Source of the DNA: Diadema antillarum | Lineage: Eukaryota | Assembly: GCF_040938485.1 (NCBI RefSeq) | Contig: NW_027271853.1 | Span: forward strand, 806,001 to 870,000 | Reading direction: 5' to 3' | DNA: 64,000 bases | Shown: positions 45,573 to 58,615 of the stretch, one piece after another | Position numbering within the stretch: position 1 is the first letter of the stretch | How the letters are laid out: each line of letters starts with the position of its first letter | The notes under the pieces: generated by a model | Told to the model about the DNA's origin: nothing | Databases searched by the model: none | What the model saw: the letters and a program-made list of their open reading frames with translations, nothing else | Translations under genes and position numbers: made by a program

Positions 45573-48500
45573 CTAGCTCGCTGCTTTCTTTTCGGCGATC
45601 CACTCCTGGAACTTTGAGACATCTGCGTAGACGCCGTATTTCCCAGGATCTGCGCAGCCATCTCCCCAGCTGACCACGCCCCCAAGGTACCATACCGGTA
45701 CGTCATCATTCGGATCCATGAAAACCAAAGGACCACCACTATCTCCCTGTAGAGAAAAAGAAATTGGAAAACGAAACGAGAAAAGCAAAAACAACAACAG
45801 TCAAAAGATAAAATTTCATCTCGCTTTCGGGTAAACAAAATCACGCAACAATAGGCCTACCTTTCTATAAAATGATAATTGTGCGTGTGTGTCTGTGTGT
45901 GTGTGTGTTTGCCCATGTCATGCATGTGGGCCTACTATGATATTGCTCTATTTTGAATACTTTGTGGGATTGCAACTTTGAGTTCTTTTCCGTGAGCCTT
46001 GATACTCTCATCTTAATAAATACTTAATCACGTGTACTGACGTGCATTGCTTTACACATTGCTTTATTTCTTGATTTAAAAAAGTTGCTACCATGTTAAT
46101 GTTAATTTTTTCCTGTGATGTTTATATTTTTTCTCCCAAGTTCGCTTTTCGAGCTAGTCAAACTAAAATCACACCTATAAGCAAGCTAATGGTTATCAAG
46201 CGAGAGTGATCAGCCCGGCATTCTTGGAAAGCAGAAGACAAAACAACATGTAAAATCGGGTGATGTTTACTGTTGCGAAGGTTTATCAATCGAAAATGAC
46301 ATACGGTTCGTTAATCCGAGAAATTAGATGAGGTTTGTTAATCCGACATTTTGGCGTTGTTTCCAAGGTTCGTTCATTTAAAAAAAATGAAATAAAATTC
46401 GTTATTCCGAAGGTTCGTTTGCCCGGAAACGAAAAGAAGGTGTATATAACTAACCTTCGGAATAACGAATCTTATTTTATCATCGCATTTAAGAACCCTT
46501 AGAATAACGAACCTTATTTATTTTTTAACAAACCTTCGGAATAAAAAACAAACAAACTTCGCAATTACGATCTGTAACCGTAATATCGAATAAGCAACCA
46601 ATCTCGTTCTACCCAATCTACTTCTCTTTTCTTTCAGAAACGCAATAATGATTCAAAATATTACTCGTGTATACATTATTATGAAATTTCTATTCCTCTC
46701 TCAATATATTGCTGGAATCCATATAGTAATTTCCTCACATTTAATTCTGCTGCAAAAAATTCTCATCTTGTAACCCTAAATTGTACTGCAAATCATGTAT
46801 CATGTATATTGTATGAAGATAATAGTTAACTAATCAGAAGAAATATAATGTCGGCAAAAATCCGAAAACATTTTACAAAGATATGATGACATAATATCAG
46901 AGATAAAAAGGAAATAAATCCTCTGGAAAGGCGTTACCATTTCAGGCATCAGTAATACACTTAGTAACTTAGTAATGAAGAATACTTTGAAAAGTCTTCA
47001 ACTGAAACAAGTAACAAACGTATGAAAGACAAACTGCTTAAATGAAAGAGAATACTTTCGTACTGTATCTTCTAAAACACAACATTAGTGATGAATATTA
47101 AAATCACACTTATTCGCGATGCAGCACCAAACTGTATCAAAATGTTAACAAAGAGAGAGGTTTGCGGTATGATATGTGGGAAATTCAGAAAAGGACTGTG
47201 GAGAGGAAATACGGGAAAGTGACGATGAAAGTGTTGAGGGAGAGTAGAGTTTTCTTGTGTTGTGAATCGTTGGGATGAGAAGGTGGAATGACCATGTTGA
47301 CCAAAATGTTGTTTCTGGGATTTTACTGATTAGACGCAATATAATATTATATCGTATACGATTCGTTTTTCTTTTAGTACTGACAATGTAAGATAATGAA
47401 AATCATCTTTAGAAAATGGATTTCTTTCATTCGTTTCTGATGACTAATTTTTTGGCTGCGTATACATTGTCACTGTTTGATAAGGGGGGGGGGGGGTGTC
47501 CGTACATGAACTTAAATAAGAGTTAATAAGAAAGACCAACAAAACAATTTATATAAACTATGGGGATTTCAGAATTCAGTATGAACTTGGTTACCTTGGT
47601 GTGTCGATCACGATTTTGCGAGTGCCCTTACCTGGCAGGCATCCTTTCCACCTTCAGAATATCCGGCACAAATCATGGAAGGATAGATCTCATCTTTCGA
47701 ATATGCTGTTGTGCAGTCGTCATAGGAGACAATTGGCACGTCGACTTGTTGTAAAAATGGACTCTCTGAAGCTTCTACGTTCGAGAAAGAGCAATGAAGA
47801 GAGAAAGGAAAATAACATTCGGGGGGGGTACGACTTTTTTGTTTTGTTGTTGTTCTTCCTCCTTTCTCTTCATCCTTATCATTAATGTTTGTTTGTCCTC
47901 ACTTCTTTACACTCTTTTTCAATATTTATTTCTGGCATTTGAAAACAATGCAAGCAAGTATGGATGAAGATATAGATTGTGCAAACTTGTATGTTTTTGA
48001 TGGAGCATTCGCATGGTTATCTGTAAATGTATTGTATCAAGAGATAAATTATCGGAATTTGAACGCTGTTCCCTGGTTCATTGCAGAAGTAGTGCATCAG
48101 GCATTTCCATAGCTTGGGCGGACAGAGAGAGTTTGGACTTGCAGATGAACCTAACTCTGTTTTCACTTAATGAATGTATGAATGTAATGAATGAAAGATT
48201 GTAAGGCCCGACCAACCATGTTTGAAGACAGAGTGCTCATGAACTTTTATTTGCGTTGCTCTCCTCAAATGCTACCTGATCCGACAATCAGGGCATTTAG
48301 AGTGGATGCTGTATGGTTAATCTGCAGATTTGTTTGATCTATAGATAAAATCTTTTTTTAAAAAAAGTACTGAGAAGTCTGCTTGCCTGATAATTAACCA
48401 TGCGACTATACAAATAAAGGGATATAAATCGCCTTAATGAATATTTCACATTCTGCATATTTCATACAAGGTTATTTTCCACCCGTTTGCACCAGGATTC

Positions 48501-51500
48501 GATGCCACAAATATTATGCGTGGCATTCAGCGGTCCACCATTTTCGCCATAGCATAATCATAGTACAGACTTCTTTCTCACAAAACTGTTGTAAGTATTT
48601 TTGTCACGAAAAAAACAGTATGACGATCACCTGGCTTCCTCAATTAGTGGTATAGGCTATTTTACTCTCATTACAGATTGTACTATGTTACTTCAAATAA
48701 CCCAGAAAATGAACAAGAAGAGAGCCGGAGAGGCTTTTACATTAAGGCCAATTAAACAATATTGAGTCCAACACGTCCAAGCCTCAGCTCACGATATGTA
48801 TCTGCGTCCAAATTTTTGAACTCTTTGATCAAGCACATTGGGTTGACGATGCTCACATGCACGGCAAATCAGCAGAAATTATAATTATATGTATATAATG
48901 ATAAAGAGAGAGAGAGGGGGGGGGGGATTGAAAGGTTACATGAGAACACGTACTCTCCTGGTCCCCCCAGCCTGTAACCAAGGCAGTGGTGCCAACTTCC
49001 GGTGGATCGCTCCGCATACAAGCTGCCGAGACTCCGTCGCTGAAGTCCACCGGATTTTCCAGCTTGATAAGGGCGATGTCGTTGTCAAAGCTGTCGGCTT
49101 GGTAATGCTCGTGAAGGATGATATTCGATGCCTTGTATTTCTGATAGTACTGCCCTTCGTTGTCGATGTGGTGACCGCCCAGAACAAACTCGTAGTAGAT
49201 CACATCCTCAGGATATGTAATGAGGCTGTTGGGTATGTAAATGACAGAGAAATTTTCTTTCTTTTACTTTAGATGTTAGTCTGGTCTATCTCACATTCAC
49301 AGGTTTCGTCTCACCTTTGCCCTAATTCATTCCTTCTTGAACCGGTGTAGCAGTGTAAAACGCCCCCATGAGAGCGGCGAGTCCGTCCCGGGCCAGCATT
49401 TCTTAAATTTTAGGAATATACGCCTCCCCGGGCGTCACCACTATAGTTTTCAGGGGAAGTTGCCTCCCCTAAGGAATGAGTGCCTCCTTTTGTGCTGAGC
49501 GCCTCTTCCTAAAAGTAAAGCGCTTTCTAGTATTTTCAATATGAGATCAGTAGTTGCTGTGGATATCCTCCATCTATCTTTATCAAAGATCAATGGTCGT
49601 CTTTATACTGCTGTAGTTGCCTCATAGTTACGCTTGTAAATGTTTGCTACACAGGCAAATGCGAACATGAAATTAGAGATACAGCAGGCCCTACATTAAG
49701 GAGCTTTAGACTTTAGACGCGCGGACGTTCAGAAGGAAAAAAAAACATGGTCTGAGCGTGTACAGAAGCGCACGTCAACTTGACCCGCGCTACTGCGCAC
49801 GCTCAGACCATGTTTTTTTCCCTTTGAACGTCCGCGCGTCTAAAATCTAAAGCTCCCTATTTTTCGTCTGCGACGTCTTTGTTCGACTCTGACTGATACG
49901 CATTACTTTGCTGTCATACTATTGTGGAGGAGATACGAGATTCAGTCACCGAGAGGAACACACACTTGGTACACATAAACACTCAAAAAAGTAGTATCAT
50001 TTTAAAAAAATGATTCAAATCAAATCAAGCCATCTATGATTTGCATGTTGTTGTTGTCGCCATCATTTTCCATCTGACGAGATGACTGGATAGCCTATAT
50101 TCCCCTGCACTAGCTGGTCTTTCATGGAGATCAATCGTATCTATGTACTTGGGGAGGACCACCTACTGCACCTAGTTCACCGGGATATGCACCCTGCTCT
50201 TTGCAATGAGCAGGCTGCGTAACTTTATGACTAACCATGCATATGACTAACCATAATATTTAGTCATATATTATATGACCGATCACGAATTGGCACACAA
50301 AACTGATATCTGCACCTGGCCGAAAAAGAAAAGAAACCAAAAAATGTCAACGGTACAGCGTTGAACTGTCACTGACTGCAATCCAGGTGATACCGTATGT
50401 GAACAAGTAAGCTACCTTTTCTGAAAGCAGTCAAAGCTCTCTTTTTTTTCCTTTCTTGTATCCTATCTCTACGCAAGTCATTTTCCCCTATACTCTTTTC
50501 TTCTTTGTATGTTTCATTGTATATAAAAGCTGCAAGCAAAGCTTCAGCTGTATAGCCGTGCTGTGTTATTTTTGTAACAACATTGTAAATCCAAAGGAGA
50601 CAAAATGACTTAAATCAAATCAAATCAATCAAATCAACGCATCTTCATTCGGGACATGCAATTATAGTTGGACTTACTCTTCGAAGCAATGGGCAGCGGA
50701 CAGGACCCACTGATCGTCAATGAGGGTTCCACCGCACCAGTGGATAATACCCCACTTTCGGACTTGTACTTGCCACGGCCAACTCCCCTCTGTGGCGTCA
50801 CGACCCCCGACGATGGCGGCCGACACGGTTGAAGGAGGGATCGCAGGTGTGCCACAGGCTGCATATCCGCCACGAAACGAAATTTATTCATTATTGACTT
50901 CTTTTTCCCCAGTCTTAACATGTATTTGGTAAAGCTCTATCAAGACAGTGTGTATTCAGCATTGTCAGCAGTAAAGCAATGACTGAATGGGCTATTACAG
51001 AGGTGAAAACATTCAGGACTGTCTCTCTAGCGTCTTAAATTTAGTAATAATAAACACGTAATGTTTTCCTTAAGTTGGATCTATAGTTTAGAGACGCTTA
51101 CGATGGTAAGAAGTTACATTTGAAATACCAATGAGTATGTCGGTAACTGAAGGGGTCGATGCCACCGTAAAATGTCTTCTCGAAAAGGACACTACTGTTC
51201 TTTTGACAATTCGTCTTCGAGCTTGGGTCATTGTAAAAGTAAGGAGCAGGTTGCCGAACTCCTCAAAAAATACGACATGGTGATAATCAACAACTAACTA
51301 TACACATCGAAACACCCCGTGGTTCTAACAAAATGTTGGTTAGTTGCCAACGTTTGCCAATCACTTGCCCACCGGTCGCCGTGTGCCATTCGAAATAAAG
51401 ACAAGTATTCATAGAATCCTGTGCTACGGACGCGATCAGCTTACACAAAAGATCGTTATAATGCTTGTTTTATCTGACCAAAGTATTCAAAGGACAAATG

Positions 51501-52458
51501 GTTGGTGATCGATTTTAAACAAACAAAATCGTAACTGGTTTCCAATTTAAAACGAGCAGTGAGCAATCAATCAAACAAACATGCAAAGAAAAAAACAAAC
51601 ACGTAATGCATAAGTCTCGGCAAAGGCATACAAGCGCTGGAAATAAGTTGCATTGTATTACCCTCCTTTTGGCAAAATTGAAATGTTGGAGTACAATTTG
51701 GTCGCTAAACGGTATTCAATGCCGCAGCAAAAACAGGTACTTAGTAGCTGATCTTAGCCGAGGACGCCAACCAACAACTAACAGCCTACGGGTAAAACTA
51801 ACAACACACGACATCATTTTAAGCTGTAACAACTACAGGGTTCTCCCGTTGTAATGAACACTGTTATAACGAGATTTCATAACAACAAAGTAAAAATTCA
51901 AGTGTCCAAATTATTATCATTGAAGTCTGTACTGTAAAATTTACTTTAGTTACAACGAAATTTTGATATAAGGAAAGAAGACCGTCGGCTACGAGGATTT
52001 AGTTATACCGGAAGCTGGCTATAAACATACTGACGACAGATGGGCAGAGTTTGTGGAAAATTCGGCGGCCGTTAAATTCTCCTCTTGTACAGGTTCCTAT
52101 AAATGACAGAAATATTTGGAAAGAATAATGATGACGACTTCGTCGTTAGATATAGACCTGTATTCATCAAAGTTTACATTGAACAACATGAGCACAATGA
52201 ATAGTTGATATAAACAAACTGAGAAAGAGAGAGAAGCAAACAAAATATCACAAATGTGAAGATTAACTGATCTTAATCAAAAGACCAATCGGGAAAAGAA
52301 TTAGCAATAACTAAATACATTGAACATGTGGTTTAACGGCACTTATTAGTACACTGTCTCTACAATATGCGCTTGATGATGAATTTTCACAACAGAAGTC
52401 GCAAACCTGCAGCGGTGTAGGCGATAAGGCTTAGAAGAACAGCAAACTGAAGCATCAT
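45573..52458 (-). CDS. Secreted trypsin-specificity S1A serine protease, copy B, 273 aa
   Basis: Exons on the minus strand: 52458-52407, 50858-50678, 49225-48954, 47774-47632, 45746-45573 (822 nt, phases 1,2,1,0). Signal [17 protein letters not shown]; [15 protein letters not shown]|IVGG; [20 protein letters not shown]; GGKDACQ (Asp189), SWGDGC, KYGVY. Confidence 0.93.
46304..46580. mobile_element. TA-flanked foldback MITE in intron 4 of protease B
   Basis: TA|CGGTT ... AACCG|TA. The left half has GGTTCGTTA(A/T)TCCGA units and the right half has the inverted CTTCGGAATAACGAA units. Confidence 0.65.
49698..49858. mobile_element. 161-bp palindromic Harbinger-like MITE in intron 2 of protease B
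   Basis: ~60-bp TIRs (A[A/G]GGAGCTTTAGA[C/T]TTTAGACGCGCGGACGTTCA..CATGGTCTGAGCGTG); ATT on both flanks. Confidence 0.8.
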
Positions 52459-53984
52459 CTCTTCCTTTTTCTTTCCTAACGTTTCGAGATCTTTTCTTCC
52501 CGAAAGACAACCTCAAGAATATCTTTCTTCCTGATCTCTTAATTCATATTCCGTGAGTGAATTGCGGACGTTTTATCGTCAATAGAGCTGATGGTGTGTG
52601 TCCTTAGAAAATGCTGACATCTGTGAGAAGCGATACAATCATTGATTGGTTGTCACGTCACACATATTCATAACCTTTTTGTTATCAGTCTCCGCCAGTC
52701 TGAGGATGGCGCCGCACCGTACAAAGTCAAACTGAAAATCATCTTTATGGCAGCTCGAACGTTTAGTGGTAAATAATTATCATACAGAACGGAGATAGCA
52801 TGATGACCTGTCGCTGACCGATAACAAGTGACCGATTCAGTTATTCTTTAACCTCATTTTAATCTACCATTATTTGGAACACTAATAGAATAGGGAGGCT
52901 TTCCCCTTGACAGACCAGGAATCCACCTGGAATATGATTTTGTAGAGGTATGCAATACCGAAACAATAAGCCCGTTGAGAGGTACCTTGTGCACAGTGGT
53001 ATACATAACCTTTCTTTTTTCCATTTGGTTCGGCACTTCACTTTTTTTTTCCAAAGTGACATAGCCCTATACTCATAAGCCTGCCCAATGTAATATGAGA
53101 TTCATTAATCATGATCAAAACAAGAATGAATTTGCGTAGATCAGGTAATCAGAATGATCCATCGATAACTATTAACGCTTGTGGAAGCATCCATTTCATT
53201 ATTTCCAAATGCAATGAGCCAGGTGCGTTGCTACGTCAGTGCATGAATTATCTCTTGTAAGGCATAGCCCCCAGTTAAAAAAAATACCATAAAAAACAGT
53301 ACCCAAACCGAATTAGTCTATAGATGCGCTTAATAATGCGATTTTCGGCTTTCCATAATGGGCTAGAGAAATGGCGCACGAAACGAAGGAATGATCGGCC
53401 TTTTGTGCTTCTCATAAATGTCAGCATATCCTGGTCTCCGGGGGGTAGCCGGAGAACAGAACATGGGTGTTCGATTTTTTTTTTTTTTTTTTCAGGAGAC
53501 CTTTTTTTCCAGTCACTGCTGCTGTCTCCACGATGTCTCCGCGCGACGTCTCCCAAGTTGTGGCCACATCATGGAGACTCTTGTGCGCGACCTCAGGCTT
53601 GCGGAGACTCATTGTGACCTACCACGGTGACGAGTTGTGGAGACATAGGGAGAGAGTTCTCCGGGTAAGATTCACCCCACGAGCGTCTTAACAGACACCT
53701 TCTCGGCGCGCCTCGGCGGTTCTTCGGCTTCTTCGGTTCTCCGGAGGCTATCCCGCGTTTACCCTGGTCGATCGCAGGGTAAGACTTCGCCTCCGGACTC
53801 GAAGCTGTCCACCGTGTTGCGTCTTAGAACAGAAACAATCTCCGCAGAACAATCGTCGCCGCAGACTACCCCAAGGTTATCTTACGTTTTGTGGTGGCCT
53901 GTTAAGACGGGCCTTACGTCGTCACCTTTTTTTTTTGGAGATGTCTCGGACGTCGCCTTTGAGTCGCCAACTTAAGACAACCCT

Positions 53985-54059
53985 GACTCACACTGTGCGA
54001 TTTCTTAGGCGATTCACACTGTGCGATGACGCATCGCCAGAAATCGCACAGTGTGAGTC
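53985..54059. repeat. 21-bp perfect inverted repeat (small MITE core) within a GC-rich repeat-like region (53300-54600)
   Basis: GACTCACACTGTGCGATTTCT (53985-54005) and its exact reverse complement (54039-54059), with a third partial copy between them. Confidence 0.7.
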
Positions 54060-54613
54060 GGCACTTAGTCTTTCAAGTCGCGCGAGTCGCGGCAGTCTCG
54101 GCGATTTCTCCTCCAAAAATATAGACCGGATATAATATTTGTTCTCACTATCTTGTGATCCGTTACGAACGCCACGATTGGCCATCAGTTACTGATCGTA
54201 GAAGTTTTGTTCAACTCTTGTGAAATTTCACGCTTGGATCCGAGCTGATGCGAGTCGATATTGGCTATAGTGCGAGTTGATGCGCTTGGATGCAACATGG
54301 TCACGATCAGATGCAATACGATCTGTCACGATGTGGTCTCCCATTCAAATTATTGTCCCGATTGAGAGCACGGTTGGTACCGATCTAACACGATCATTAC
54401 GATCGGGATCCCAGAGAGGAGATCAGGTATAAAGTGCAGCTACGTTCTGATACGTTCCAATACGACTACTGACCGCGAACCCTGGCCTGCGCTCTGATAT
54501 AGGATACGATATCTTTCTCGATCGGGATCGAGAGCGACCTTCATTTGAGCTAGGATTGGACCCGAATGGGAATATTAATACCCGGACTGACATTGGACTC
54601 ATTGCTTCCCTTG

Positions 54614-55142
54614 AGGACAAGTCCACCTTCATAGACATGTGGATTGAGTGGATGCAGAAATATTAGTGGAACACATGCATCAGTGAGAGTTTGAGGAAAA
54701 TCGGACAAACCGGTCAAAAGTTATGAATGTTTGAAGTTTCTGCCTACTCACTGCTGGATGAGAAGATTACTACAGCTTATGATGTCACATGTGTAGAACA
54801 ATATAGAAAAAAAAATAAAGAAAATTCAACATATTTTCACTTTTTTCGCATAATAAAAGAACACTTGACTTGCCTCTTTCAGAAGGCAGGGGGTATAATA
54901 TTATCCTTTTACGCCAGTGACAGGGCGAGGAAATGTGAACTTTTCTTTTATTCTCTTTATATTTTCGTTATATCGTTCTAAGCATATGTAACATCATAGT
55001 AGTCTTCTCATCCAGGAGTGACTGCGCAGATACTTCAGAAATTCATAACTTTTGAACGGATTGTCCAATTTTCCCCAAACTTTCGCTGTGTTCTACTAAT
55101 ATTGATGCATTCACTCAATCCATATGTCTCTGCAGGTGGACT
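54614..55142. mobile_element. Kolobok-like element family 1, degenerate third copy
   Basis: AGGACAAGTCCACCTTCATAGACATG..; body collinear with 39319-39887; both ends decayed. Confidence 0.75.
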
Positions 55143-56541
55143 TTAACTTCTGCAGAGTGCTTACAACCCACAGCCATAGGACAACGTCACATTTGCAGTA
55201 TTGCAAAATACTATTACATTATCATCAGAGAGGAAGAAGGCGAGCAGAACCAGGATCAGTCACAACCCCAGATAGTCCCTCCTCTGAATTAACTTAAAGG
55301 AAATTAACAGATTATTCAATCTTTCACATTCTCACCCCCCCCCCAAAAAAAAACCCACCAAATACATTAGATCAGATCATTCCCCCTCTACCCTAGAAAA
55401 AAAAAAGAAAAACATTGAAGGCAAATGTTAGCGTGTTCCTCTGAAATACATGTATTCAAATTTGATGAAATGGAATTTAAAAGGATGATATTTTTTTTGA
55501 ATTCTAACATAATATGGTTTATATACCCTCAATATAAGAAAGTTGGCCGAATCGATAATAATATTGCTTGTGTGTTTCATTTCATATATCTCACGGGGAG
55601 GGTATATCTAAAGTTTTGGTTTGGTTTAATTTCATTTATGGTTTTACTTAATAATAGTTAACATAACTGATATAAACACAACAGAAAAGTAATTTCCCCT
55701 TATCAAAATAATGTCATTTTTAATGAAAAAGCTTTAAGGAAAATATTGTTTGGCAGGGGTATTGCTGCGCTGTAATTGACTACTGTAACTTCTGTGTGAA
55801 AATGAGAGTGATCTTTATACAGTCATGTACGAGTAACCACACATTCAATACAATGGTCACTTTTAAAGAGTCACAAAAGTTATATTTGTGGTGTATGTGA
55901 AACATTCTACTTCCGGCGAATGTTTCAGTGTCGTTGTAATTTTCTCATTCATTGTGTCACCCCCTTGCAATATTAACAATACACTTCATTTCTTTATTGC
56001 TCCGTCTTCTTAGTGTGCATGCTCTCTCAACCAAGACACAACTATACTCCTTCTTATATATTAGATGTGCTGTTGATGCTGGTTGCAATATATGACGTCA
56101 ATTCTTTCAATAAACTAAATGCAATTTTGCGGTTTAATGAGGGCTGACCAAAGCCATTTCCCTCTAAACTTGTGCTAAACCAACTATTTTAAAAAAAGCG
56201 TGAAAAGGGTCAGGATAGGTGTGAGGGGGTAAAACGATGGATGCTAAAACTGCAACAGCACTTAATCGTTCACAAGAATGCTTCACAGACCCTCCCCCCC
56301 CCAAAAAAAAACACTCTTGTTGTACTTTTAAAAGTAACCATTTGCCTTTGATGTGTGCTCACTCATGCACAATTCAGGAAATCATTCTCATTTTCATACT
56401 GACATGACTGACGATATAGTCAATACGTGTAGAAATACCATTGCTACCTTTTGTTTTGTTTCTTTTTTGTTGGTTTTTTGCTCATTTTTTGTTGTTGTTT
56501 TCGTTAGAAAGTTACCCCATTTTGATTAGGGGGAATATTAA

Positions 56542-56584
<43 letters not shown>

Positions 56585-57162
56585 TGTGTGTGTGTGTCTG
56601 TTCAATGGTAATATGATAACAATGATGTGTATATAAGTTTACACAAAAATTAATAATACATTAAAATCACGAAACGATCAACAATCATAATTATACTCCT
56701 CACAAATAATGCTAACGAAATGTCCAGACAATCAAACAAGTAGTCATTTGGAAAAGATAATCTAGATATGTAGACTACTACTCTGCGAGTATAAGATAAG
56801 GGCAAATGTGCAAAAAAAAAAAATAATGAAATAAGCGGAAGAAAAGTGAAGAAGTTGATCACATGAGATCCACTGTGGTTTCTTTTCTTTTTCTTATTTT
56901 TTGTTACGATAAAAGACAATCTGATGCGATGATCACGATTAAAAAAAGAATTGATCGTAGAAAATTTTTGACTTTTGATTTTTGAATTTTTGGGGACCCA
57001 CCTTTTATTAGGATCCCTTTGTTTTTGCTTTGCTTTTGGATATCTCAGTCATTTCAAAACCGATTTTTATGTAGTAAGCTTTGAATTAGGGTTTAGCTAA
57101 AGGTCTAAAGACCTAATGCTTGGCAAATAAACCATACTGAACCAGCTATACGTCCATTGCAG

Positions 57163-57303
57163 NNNNNNNNNNNNNNNNNNNNNNNNNNNNNNNNNNNNNN
57201 NNNNNNNNNNNNNNNNNNNNNNNNNNNNNNNNNNNNNNNNNNNNNNNNNNNNNNNNNNNNNNNNNNNNNNNNNNNNNNNNNNNNNNNNNNNNNNNNNNNN
57301 NNN
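57163..57303. other. Assembly gap (N run)
   Basis: 141 N. Confidence 1.
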
Positions 57304-57996
57304 TCATTACCGCTGTTATTGCTTATTTACACTGTACTGCTACTAGTGTTCCATTATTTTCACTGCCAGTGTATGTCATAATATTGCAGCTCCGTTGTAA
57401 TAAATGTCGTTTTGTGTATATTCCGTTTGATTTTCTTTGATTTTCTTGGCCTTTTTATTTTGCCTTGTTTTTGCCTTATTCTGTTCAAATGTATGCAAAT
57501 TGGTTGCTTTTCTGCTTTGGTGTTTACGTCCCAAGCCCTTGAAAAACACCGGTAACTCGGTCGAAAGCTCGGGAGAATAAAAGGCTATGAGTGAACATAC
57601 TGCAACGTCTGCGAGCAGTCCTTTGGCATGGAACGCCAAAGTCTCAACAGTTCGGTCATACAATACAATAATTGGTACGTACACTGTATATAGCGCTCTT
57701 ACAATGAGTGAACATGTATCCGAGCGTTTCACAAAAATATGATATCCAATTTACCTTAAGGAGGTAGGACAAAAAAAAAAGCTATCATGCACAGAGACTT
57801 CATAATTATGGTGGTTCAGGCAGACCCAAGCTCGATTACCCTGTGGACCAACTCTTCAAAACTTTATGTGCGTATCCCCCCCCCCCACCTTTTTTTTTTG
57901 GGGGGGGGGGGTTGGGGGGAAGCAAAGATTTATGAATGATAACCAGTCTCGCGCCTCAATGGATCTACCAATGACTACCGGTGAATTGACTAGGGT

Positions 57997-58125
57997 CAAG
58001 GGCGTACCGAGGGGGGGTGTTTTGGGTGTTCAAACACCCCCCTTTGCCAAAAGGGGGGTGTTTAAGGTGTTCAAACACCCCCCCTTGGGCAAAAGGGATG
58101 TGTTTGAGCTATTCAACACCCCTCT
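57997..58125. repeat. Three tandem ~40-bp hairpin units (GGGGGTGTTT..AAACACCCCC), probable hAT-like terminal fragment
   Basis: CAAGGGCGTACCGAGGGGGGGTGTTTTGGGTGTTCAAACACCCCC followed by two decaying repeats. Confidence 0.55.
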
Positions 58126-58615
58126 TCAGCAATGCTTAGATGTTGACAAATGAAACAAAAGCTGTCTTTACGGCTTTTATTTCCGTTTTGAATTCCGCCT
58201 TTCCTTTCTTTTGCGTTCATTTTTTTTCTCTCTCTCTCTCTCTCTCTCTTCCTTGTTTTAATGTTTGTGTGGATGATGATACATTATGGAGAACATTACA
58301 TTATATCATACGCACTAAAGAACTCGTGTACAGTACGTGTTAATACTACGTTACTGCACCGCGCGCGAAGCTGACGCGCAAACAGTAGACATTCCCGATC
58401 CCTGCTTTGCTTTCTGACCGAATCGCGAAGATACATTGCGCATAATGTTCACTGTTTACCGGTCAAAGAGATTACAATCTCTTTGTTACCGGTATTATAC
58501 CGTACGAGGTACCGTAAATTGTGTATGATGCATAATATTATGTGTGTACAATGCATGCTGCGCTGCAGCCTATTATAGGCACATTGCATGCTAAGTCGGT
58601 AGTATCAACTACCAA

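Larger units (their letters stand above)
27620..52800. repeat. Old tandem segmental duplication: unit A about 27620-41160, unit B about 41260-52800, each carrying one serine protease gene
   Basis: Collinear homologous blocks seen by eye: 27620-28147 plus 29608-29830 vs 41260-41900; 32750-32900 vs 44330-44470; all five exons; intron blocks 37020-37130 vs 50105-50210; 38990-39300 vs 51460-51800; 39900-41150 vs 51830-52790. Boundaries are approximate. Confidence 0.85.

Noticed and set aside
53275-54638. Cluster of short ORFs in a GC-rich stretch
   Set aside because: No recognisable domain or transposase motif; the inverted repeats point to non-autonomous repeat sequence.
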